A stretch of DNA of 13,077 nt from Candidatus Krumholzibacteriia bacterium. GTDB lineage: Bacteria; Krumholzibacteriota; Krumholzibacteriia; LZORAL124-64-63. Positions 7,495-13,077 of this stretch are shown in pieces; position 1 is the first letter of the stretch, and every line of letters starts with the position of its first letter. Made by a program: the position numbers and the translations under genes. The stretch covers positions 1 to 13,077 of the forward strand of contig JAZBOO010000241.1 of the NCBI GenBank assembly GCA_036351155.1, read 5' to 3'. Under the pieces are notes generated by a model, which did not search any database, was not told the DNA's origin, and saw only the letters and a program-made list of their open reading frames with translations.

Positions 7495-8144
7495 ACCAGT
7501 GGAAAGAACATCCCGAACTGGACACGCTGGTGGACCACCACGAGGGGTTGCTGTCGGGTGAGGACGCCGCGCGGGTGGCCCGGCACCTGGAGGATTGCCC
7601 TGAATGTGCCCTGGAACTGAAGCGCTATCTGGGGTTCATGGAGGGTGGTGAAGATGTGGAGCTCCCGGATTTCCCTGTGCTCCCGATGACCCGCAAGGTG
7701 CATCGTCTCCCGTCTCGGCGCTGGTTGTGGGTGCCCGCGGCGGCGGCCGCGGCGGCGGTGCTGGTGTTCGGCCTGGTGCTGATGCCTGCCGAGGGGCCAG
7801 ACCCCGTGCGCGGTCCCGCCAGATCGGCGGCCCTCCGCGGGGCCGGCGATGTGCCCGAACCCACCATTGTTCTGGACCAGCCGGTGGGCGAACTGGAGGA
7901 GCGGCCCGCGCTGTTTGCCTGGCAGGCGGCCGTGGAGTGTGACCATTTCACGGTGGAGGTGTTCACTGCCGACCTGGACCTGGTGTTCAGCCAGCAGGAA
8001 GTGGAAGGCCCCGAGTGGGCGGCGCCGGATTCGCTGGCGGCGCTGCTGGAGCCCGACGTCACCTTCCTGTGGTCGGTCAGGGGCTTCCGCAAGCTGGAGC
8101 AAGTGGCCGATTCGGGCAATGGGTGGTTTGTGTGGGGGGAATAG
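7491..8144 (+). CDS. Transmembrane zinc-binding (ZAS/zf-HC2) anti-sigma factor with an extracytoplasmic beta-sandwich domain (217 aa)
   Basis: ATGA start/stop overlap with the sigma gene. N-terminal His plus HxxxCxxC (EHPE...VARHLEDCPEC). A basic stretch precedes the TM helix WLWVPAAAAAAAVLVFGLVLM. The C-terminal domain has an Ig/FN3-like pattern (PALFAW...FTVEVF...LEPDVTFLWSVRG). Confidence 0.88.
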   Translation: MNQWKEHPELDTLVDHHEGLLSGEDAARVARHLEDCPECALELKRYLGFMEGGEDVELPDFPVLPMTRKVHRLPSRRWLWVPAAAAAAAVLVFGLVLMPAEGPDPVRGPARSAALRGAGDVPEPTIVLDQPVGELEERPALFAWQAAVECDHFTVEVFTADLDLVFSQQEVEGPEWAAPDSLAALLEPDVTFLWSVRGFRKLEQVADSGNGWFVWGE

Positions 8145-8252
8145 CGGAGCCCCACCTGTATTCTGTATACCGTGTACGAAAGTGGTGGGTCCCCTCGGTC
8201 CACCAGGAAGCTGTTCTCAAGAACCGGTGATGCGGGCTTTGATGTTTCGTGA

Positions 8253-8282
8253 ACCACAGGGGGCCGTGCAAACCCCTGTGGT
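8253..8282. repeat. Perfect 10-bp inverted repeat (hairpin) downstream of the anti-sigma gene
   Basis: accacagggg (8253-8262) / cccctgtggt (8273-8282), 10-nt loop. No clear U-tract on either strand, so function is unassigned. Confidence 0.6.
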
Positions 8283-8390
8283 GCATAATTCATCATATAT
8301 CTTCCAGTTCCAGCGCGGCCGCCTGGGGAAGAAGAATGCGGACCCACGGATCAGGATTTCACCGGATCAAGGCCATCTCGATATTAATTC

Positions 8391-8405
8391 TGAAAACGAT
8401 TTTCA
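8391..8405. promoter_or_regulatory. Palindromic operator-like site, Fur-box-like (7-1-7)
   Basis: TGAAAA-CGA-TTTTCA is a perfect 6-3-6 inverted repeat ending 5 nt upstream of the TTGACA -35 hexamer. It matches 11 of 14 positions of the 7-1-7 Fur motif TGATAAT-N-ATTATCA. Confidence 0.45.
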
Positions 8406-8410
8406 ACCCA

Positions 8411-8438
8411 TTGACAAATCCCACGAATCTGCGATATT
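8411..8438 (+). promoter_or_regulatory. Probable sigma70 promoter of the atp operon
   Basis: Perfect TTGACA (8411-8416), 16-nt spacer, and TGc-GATATT (extended -10-like, 8430-8438), in the most AT-rich patch of the window, ~60 nt upstream of atpI. Confidence 0.6.
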
Positions 8439-8496
8439 CCCCCTGCTTTGCCGGGCATAGGCCAAAAAGTCACGATTTTGACAAGGAAATTCAATT

Positions 8497-8892
8497 TTGC
8501 CTGAAAACCTCCTTGCAAGGGTCTATTTATGGACTATTTTGGTCGCGTTAGCCTGCGGGCTGGTGTCCTGGTTTGTGCTTTCGTTCGTTTTTGGACTGGG
8601 ACTGTTCATGACCGCCGTCTGGGCGGTGGCCGGCTTCCGGGCTCTTGAAGGCCTGTTGCGCTCCGTGGTGGTCCCCCCCGGGACTCCCCGCAACGTTTTC
8701 GCCATCATTCTCTGGTTCATGGCCAAATTGGCTGTTTACGGCATAGCGGTCTGGGTGTTATTTTCCCGCCCGTTCCCGCCAATAAGCCACGCCGTTGGCT
8801 TCACTCTGATGTTGGTGGTCCTGGTGGCCCTTGGCGCGCAAGCGCGCTCCGCCGAAATCCGCCAGTCAACCGCACGGGGAGACGATGCGTAA
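8497..8892 (+). CDS. atpI: ATP synthase protein I (AtpI/UncI-like membrane protein)
   Basis: 131 aa with four hydrophobic segments and a KL motif in helix 3 (WFMAKLAVYG). First gene before atpB; TTG start with aagga SD; overlaps the atpB start by 8 nt. Confidence 0.8.
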   Translation: MPENLLARVYLWTILVALACGLVSWFVLSFVFGLGLFMTAVWAVAGFRALEGLLRSVVVPPGTPRNVFAIILWFMAKLAVYGIAVWVLFSRPFPPISHAVGFTLMLVVLVALGAQARSAEIRQSTARGDDA

Positions 8893-9919
8893 GCTGAGTT
8901 CAATCCACCTGATGATGGTCCTGCTGGTCGGGGCTGTTTTTCTGGCGTCGGGCCCTGCCCTGGCGGAAGACCCGCACCACCCGGATCCGCACGCCGCCGA
9001 GACGCACGCGGCCGATCCCCACGGCGAAATGGCGCACGGCGAAATGGCCCACGGCGACGCCCATGGCGACGGCCACGGTGACGCCCACGCCGAAGGCCAC
9101 AGCTCCACGCCCCACATGAAGAACCTGGTGGCGCTCATCGCCGAGTCCATGCCTCCCGAGCAGGGCGCCAAGTTCAAGGCCTTCGTCGATCCCATCTTCA
9201 GCTTCATCGTCATCCTTCTGATCAGTCTTTTCTTTATCTCCGTGGCGCGCAATCTCAAGGCCCAGAACCCCGGCCGCGCCCAGATGGCCGCCGAGATGCT
9301 GATCGGGGGCCTGTACAGCCTTTTCCAGAGCATCATCGGGCCCACCGCCCGCCGGTACACGCCCTTCCTGGGCACGCTGTTCATCTTCATCTGGTTCAAC
9401 AACCTCTTCGGCCTGGTGCCCTACGCCCACGCCGCGACCAGCGCGTTCAACACCACCACCTTCGCCCTGGGCGCCATGACCTTCCTGTTCGTGCAGTTCT
9501 GGGCCATCCGTCTGAACGGGCTGGGCGGCTACCTGCATCACATGGCCGGGTCGCCCAAGACCGGGCTGGACTGGGGCTTCGTCATTCTGATGTTCCCCCT
9601 GCACGTGCTGGGCGAACTGATCAAGCCCATCAGCCTGGGTCTGCGTCTTTTCGGAAACATTTTCGGTGAGGATACCCTGGTCGCGACCATGATCATCCTG
9701 GGTTACATCATCACCAAGCTGATCTTCGGTGACGGCGGCTATGTCGCCTACCTGCCGGGCGTGCCCCTGCAGCTCCCCTTCTACTTCCTGGGACTGCTGT
9801 CCAGCACCATCCAGGCGCTGGTCTTCACGCTCTTGGCCACAGTTTATATTGCCCTTTGGCTGCCTCACGATGATCACGGTCATCATGATCAACTCGCCGA
9901 GGAAGCTCACGGGCATTAA
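8885..9919 (+). CDS. atpB: F0 ATP synthase subunit a, with N-terminal signal peptide and His-rich extension
   Basis: PGRAQMAAE, PFLGTLFIFIWFNNLFGLVP, essential-Arg motif KPISLGLRLFGNIFGE, and IQALVFTLLATVYI. Start set at ATG 8885 (gggag SD, overlap with the atpI stop). Confidence 0.97.
   Translation: MRKLSSIHLMMVLLVGAVFLASGPALAEDPHHPDPHAAETHAADPHGEMAHGEMAHGDAHGDGHGDAHAEGHSSTPHMKNLVALIAESMPPEQGAKFKAFVDPIFSFIVILLISLFFISVARNLKAQNPGRAQMAAEMLIGGLYSLFQSIIGPTARRYTPFLGTLFIFIWFNNLFGLVPYAHAATSAFNTTTFALGAMTFLFVQFWAIRLNGLGGYLHHMAGSPKTGLDWGFVILMFPLHVLGELIKPISLGLRLFGNIFGEDTLVATMIILGYIITKLIFGDGGYVAYLPGVPLQLPFYFLGLLSSTIQALVFTLLATVYIALWLPHDDHGHHDQLAEEAHGH
9020..9100 (+). repeat. Short tandem 15/12-nt repeats encoding the HG(E/D)x tract of AtpB
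   Basis: cacggcgaaatggcg cacggcgaaatggcc cacggcgacgcc catggcgacggc cacggtgacgcc cacgccgaaggc cac; all units are in frame. Confidence 0.85.
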
Positions 9920-9998
9920 TACCGGACATTCAAGTCCGGCAACTGCGGGGCAACCCGCGAACCGAGAAGTGCAACGCACGCACTAAAAGGAGAAGGCA

Positions 9999-10226
9999 AT
10001 GGACGGGAACATTCTGGGACTGGCTCTTCCTATCGGACTGGGTATGGCTGCCATCGGTTCGGGCCTCGGCCTGGGCAAAGCCATCGAGGGCGGCATGAAC
10101 GCCATGGGCCGTCAGCCCGAAGCCATCGGTCAGATTCAGACCGCCATGATCATCGGTTGCGCCTTCATCGAGGCCCTGACGATCTACGCTCTGGTCGCCA
10201 CCATCATGCTGATGGGTAATCTTTAA
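9999..10226 (+). CDS. atpE: F0 ATP synthase subunit c
   Basis: 75 aa helical hairpin with GxGxGxG (GSGLGLG), RQPE loop and ion-carrying Glu in FIEALTIY; strong SD aaggag. Confidence 0.98.
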   Translation: MDGNILGLALPIGLGMAAIGSGLGLGKAIEGGMNAMGRQPEAIGQIQTAMIIGCAFIEALTIYALVATIMLMGNL

Positions 10227-10242
10227 AAATTGCTGGAGAAAC

Positions 10243-10305
10243 CCCGGCGTGCGTTGACAAAGATCGCGGGGGCGGCCGTCAAACCGTCCCCCGCCACACG
10301 CTGGG
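10243..10305 (+). other. Nested stem-loop in the atpE-atpF spacer
   Basis: Inner stem gcgggggcgg (10266-10275) / ccgtcccccgc (10284-10294, one bulged U). Outer stem cccggcgtgcg (10243-10253) / cacacgctggg (10295-10305) pairs at 10 of 11 positions including one G:U. Confidence 0.6.
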
Positions 10306-10332
10306 CGGATTTACCCGGAAGGTAATCTGATC

Positions 10333-10842
10333 ATGGAAATGGTCATCCCAAAACTACCGCAATTGCTGACGCAGATGGCGGGCTTCATCATCCTCGTGTG
10401 GATCCTGAAGAAGTTCGCCTGGGGTCCCATTCTCGACTTGCTGGATCAGCGTCGCGACAAGATCGACGGCGACTACCAGGCGGCCGAGAAGAACCTGGCT
10501 GAAGCCGAGCAGCTCAAGGGCGATTTCGAGAGCAAGCTGACCGACATCAAGGTCATCGAGCGCGAAAAAGTTCAGGAGGCTGTCAAGCGCGGTGAGACCC
10601 TGGCCGAGGGGATCGTGGGCAAGGCCCGCACCCAGGCCGACGAACTCAAGGTCAAGGCCGATCAGGACATCGAGCTGGCCGGTCAGAAGGCCACGCTCGA
10701 GCTGCGCGACTCCGTGGTGTCCATGGCCATCGGCGCGGCCGAGAAGGTCATTAGCGAGCGGCTGGACGACCAGCTGCACCGCAAGTTGATCGAGGAATAC
10801 ATCAGCGATATCGCCAGCCCCGGGGAGAGCCCCCATGCGTGA
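10333..10842 (+). CDS. atpF: F0 ATP synthase subunit b
   Basis: N-terminal TM helix followed by LKKFAWGPILDLLDQRRDKI, a long charged coiled coil, and C-terminal AIGAAEKVI...LIEEYI. Confidence 0.96.
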   Translation: MEMVIPKLPQLLTQMAGFIILVWILKKFAWGPILDLLDQRRDKIDGDYQAAEKNLAEAEQLKGDFESKLTDIKVIEREKVQEAVKRGETLAEGIVGKARTQADELKVKADQDIELAGQKATLELRDSVVSMAIGAAEKVISERLDDQLHRKLIEEYISDIASPGESPHA

Positions 10843-11383
10843 TCGCAAGGTTGCCACCAGGTATGCGGGCGCCCTGCTGGCCTCGGCCAAGGAGCAGGGA
10901 GTGCTCGAGGGTGTGGCGGAAAGCTATGCCGCCATCATGGACGTGGTCGCGGGTAACCCCCAGCTGATCACCTTCATGGACAGCCCCCAGGTGGCCACTC
11001 AGGAAAAGAAAGATCTGGTGAAAAACGTGTTCGGCACGAGCATCGAGCCCGTGTTGCTGAACTTCATTCACCTGCTGATCGACAAGAAACGTATCGAGAA
11101 TCTCCGGGATATTGGCGAGCAATTCGCCGACCTGGTGGAAGAGGAAATGGGCGTTCTGCGCGCCCAGGTGGTGACGGCGGTGGCCCTGGCCGATGATCTG
11201 TCGGCCAAGCTGGAAGCCAAGCTTTCCTCTTTCACCGGCAAGAAGATCATCCTGGAAAAGAAAGTGGATCCCGCGGTGATCGGGGGGGTGCGCGTGACGT
11301 TGAAGGACAAGGTCCTGGACGGCACGGTGCGAACCAACCTCGACCTGCTGCGCAAGAAGCTGGAGCAGGCGCCGGTTCGGTGA
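10835..11383 (+). CDS. atpH: F1 ATP synthase subunit delta
   Basis: VATRYAGAL, NFIHLLIDKKR, VTAVAL, VDPAVIGGVRV...VLDGTVR; overlaps atpF by 8 nt. Confidence 0.97.
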   Translation: MRDRKVATRYAGALLASAKEQGVLEGVAESYAAIMDVVAGNPQLITFMDSPQVATQEKKDLVKNVFGTSIEPVLLNFIHLLIDKKRIENLRDIGEQFADLVEEEMGVLRAQVVTAVALADDLSAKLEAKLSSFTGKKIILEKKVDPAVIGGVRVTLKDKVLDGTVRTNLDLLRKKLEQAPVR

Positions 11384-11465
11384 CAAACCACCGAAGGCGA
11401 CCTGACCGCGGAATTACGACGACTGGCCATTTGCAAACTTGGCCGGGCAAACGAGGAGATGGGCA

Positions 11466-12968
11466 TTGAAATTAAAGCCTGAAGAAATCAGCTCCGTTCT
11501 TAGCCAGGAGTTGAACAGGTACGACCGCGACCTCGAGGTCGAAAGCGTCGGCACGATCCTTCAGGTGGGCGACGGCATCGCCCGCGTCTACGGCCTGCAG
11601 GATGTCATGGCCGGTGAAATGGTGCAGTTCCCCGGGGACACCTATGGTCTGGTGCTGAACCTGGAGGAAGACTCGGTGGGTGTGGCCATTCTTGGCGATG
11701 ACACGCACATCAAGGAAGGCGACACCGTCACCCGGACCGGCAAGATCGCCTCGGTGCCCGTGGGCGACGGCGTGGTCGGTCGCGTGCTGAACGCCGTGGG
11801 TCAGCCCATCGACGGCGAGGGTCCCGTGCCCTCCACCGAAATCCGGAACATTGAGATCAAGGCCCCTGGCGTGACCGCCCGGCAGCCCGTGTTCCAGCCC
11901 CTGATGACCGGCCTGAAGGCCGTCGATTCGATGATTCCCATCGGCCGTGGCCAGCGTGAGCTGATCATCGGTGACCGTGGCACCGGCAAGACCGCCGTGG
12001 CCATCGATGCGATCATCAACCAGAAGGGTCAGGGCGTGCACTGCTTCTACGTGGCCATTGGCCAGAAGCAGTCCACCGTGGCCAGCGTGCACACCAAGTT
12101 GAAAGAGCACGGCGCGATGGAGTACACCACCATCATCGCGGCCAATGCCTCGGACCCGGCCCCCATGCTCTTCCTGGCCCCCTATGCCGGCTGCACCATG
12201 GCCGAGCACATGATGTGGCAGGGCAAGGACACCCTCGTGGTGTACGACGATCTTTCCAAGCAGGCCAACGCCTACCGCCAGATGTCGCTGCTGCTGCGTC
12301 GTCCGCCCGGACGTGAAGCGTTCCCCGGCGACGTGTTCTATCTCCATAGCCGGTTGCTCGAGCGCGCCGTGAAGCTGAGCGATGAGAACGGCGGCGGCTC
12401 GTTGACCGCGCTGCCCATCATCGAGACGCAGGCCTCGGACGTGTCGGCCTACATTCCCACCAACGTGATCTCGATCACCGACGGTCAGATCTTCCTGGAG
12501 AGCGACCTGTTCTACCAGGGCATCCGGCCGGCCATCAACGTGGGTATCTCCGTGTCGCGTGTGGGTGGTGCCGCTCAGACCAAGGCCATGAAGAAGGTGG
12601 CCGGTTCGTTGCGTCTGGATCTGGCCCAGTATCGTGAGCTGGCGGCTTTCGCCCAGTTCGGCAGCGACCTCGACAAGGCCACCCAGCGTCAGCTGACCCG
12701 TGGTGAGCGCATGGTCGAGATCCTGAAGCAGGACCAGTACGTGCCCATGTCCATGGAAAAGCAGGTGTCGATCATCTTCGCCGCCAGCAAGGGTTTCCTG
12801 GACAAGGTGCCCGTGGAAGACGTGGCCGAGTGGGAGAAGGATTTCCACGCGTTCATGGCCGAGAAGCACAGCGGCGTGCTGCACGACATTGCCAACAGCG
12901 GCAAGCTGGAGCCCGAGACGGTGGAGCCCCTGACGGCGGCCATCGAAGAGTTCGCCAAGAGCAGATAG
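11466..12968 (+). CDS. atpA: F1 ATP synthase subunit alpha (500 aa)
   Basis: Start assigned to TTG 11466 (gaggag SD 7 nt upstream, giving MKLKPEEIS). Motifs [27 protein letters not shown] (Walker A), [51 protein letters not shown]. Confidence 0.99.
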   Translation: MKLKPEEISSVLSQELNRYDRDLEVESVGTILQVGDGIARVYGLQDVMAGEMVQFPGDTYGLVLNLEEDSVGVAILGDDTHIKEGDTVTRTGKIASVPVGDGVVGRVLNAVGQPIDGEGPVPSTEIRNIEIKAPGVTARQPVFQPLMTGLKAVDSMIPIGRGQRELIIGDRGTGKTAVAIDAIINQKGQGVHCFYVAIGQKQSTVASVHTKLKEHGAMEYTTIIAANASDPAPMLFLAPYAGCTMAEHMMWQGKDTLVVYDDLSKQANAYRQMSLLLRRPPGREAFPGDVFYLHSRLLERAVKLSDENGGGSLTALPIIETQASDVSAYIPTNVISITDGQIFLESDLFYQGIRPAINVGISVSRVGGAAQTKAMKKVAGSLRLDLAQYRELAAFAQFGSDLDKATQRQLTRGERMVEILKQDQYVPMSMEKQVSIIFAASKGFLDKVPVEDVAEWEKDFHAFMAEKHSGVLHDIANSGKLEPETVEPLTAAIEEFAKSR

Positions 12969-12995
12969 CACAGGTTTTTTTCCAGGAGGTCACCC

Positions 12996-13077
12996 GTGGC
13001 GGGAGCCGGGGTAAAACTACTCAACAAGCGGATCCGCTCGGTCAAGAACACGCATCAGATCACCAAGGCCATGAAGA
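12996..13077 (+). CDS. atpG: F1 ATP synthase subunit gamma, N-terminal fragment (runs off the window)
   Basis: Not in the ORF track. The aggagg SD (12984-12989) is followed by GTG 12996, which translates as MAGAGVKLLNKRIRSVKNTHQITKAMK, the canonical gamma N-terminus (RIxSVKNTxQITKAMK). Confidence 0.95.
   Translation, partial: MAGAGVKLLNKRIRSVKNTHQITKAMK

Noticed and set aside
3309..8144. Type III-E CRISPR (Craspase) locus or anti-phage caspase system
   Set aside because: There is no CRISPR array, cas gene, Csx30/31-like gene, gasdermin or nucleotide-sensor gene in the window. The protease appears exported and the partner is a ZAS membrane anti-sigma.
8469..8483. Second TTGACA (8478-8483) and GTCA-N6-TGAC mini-palindrome
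   Set aside because: The matching -10 would fall inside atpI and is poor, and 4-bp arms are not significant.
8249..8551. 100-aa ORF (and 7849-8460) across the intergenic region
   Set aside because: These span the AT-rich promoter and hairpin region with atypical composition and overlap real genes in other frames.
10254..10259. TTGACA in the atpE-atpF spacer as an internal promoter
   Set aside because: There is no -10-like hexamer 16-18 nt downstream; that region is a GC-rich stem.
3279..11465. Longer ORF-track starts at 3279, 6856, 7398, 8831 and 11439
   Set aside because: Downstream starts (3309, 6904, 7491, 8885, 11466) have better SD sequences or stop/start coupling and give family-typical N-termini.
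697..12971. Other long minus-strand and alternate-frame ORFs (e.g. 697-2352, 6999-8102, 8900-9979, 11472-12971)
   Set aside because: All overlap well-supported + strand genes, have low-complexity Arg/Gly/Pro/His-rich composition, and show no domain signatures.
12975..12981. T7 run after atpA as a terminator
   Set aside because: No GC-rich stem precedes it, and it sits immediately before the atpG SD within the operon.
8497..13077. N-ATPase (Na+-exporting accessory ATPase operon)
   Set aside because: Gene order is the canonical I-B-E-F-H-A-G with a separate delta subunit, not D-C-Q-R-B-E-F-A-G, and subunit c lacks Na+ ligands.

Overview
GC-rich bacterial window; all credible genes are on the + strand, in three blocks. 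(1) 1-3192 is the 5'-truncated end of a large secreted multi-domain beta-sandwich protein with an internal ~366-aa tandem duplication and a C-terminal YPNPFNP/FlgD-Ig (T9SS-CTD-like) domain, followed by an intrinsic terminator. (2) 3309-8144 is a tightly coupled three-gene cassette: a signal-peptide-bearing, C-terminally membrane-anchored TPR-CHAT (caspase/separase-fold) protease, an ECF sigma factor, and a transmembrane zinc-binding (ZAS) anti-sigma factor. This is the most interesting part; it looks like a CRISPR-independent transmembrane signalling system in which a caspase-like enzyme acts as the site-1 protease (inference). (3) 8497-13077 is the start of an F1Fo ATP synthase operon (atpI-B-E-F-H-A and partial atpG), apparently H+-coupled. 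Subunit a carries a signal peptide and a His-rich extension, a Fur-box-like palindrome sits at the promoter, and hairpins flank atpE. The CTD type suggests an FCB-group lineage such as Krumholzibacteria/Latescibacteria (inference only). All calls come from reading motifs by eye; no searches were run.
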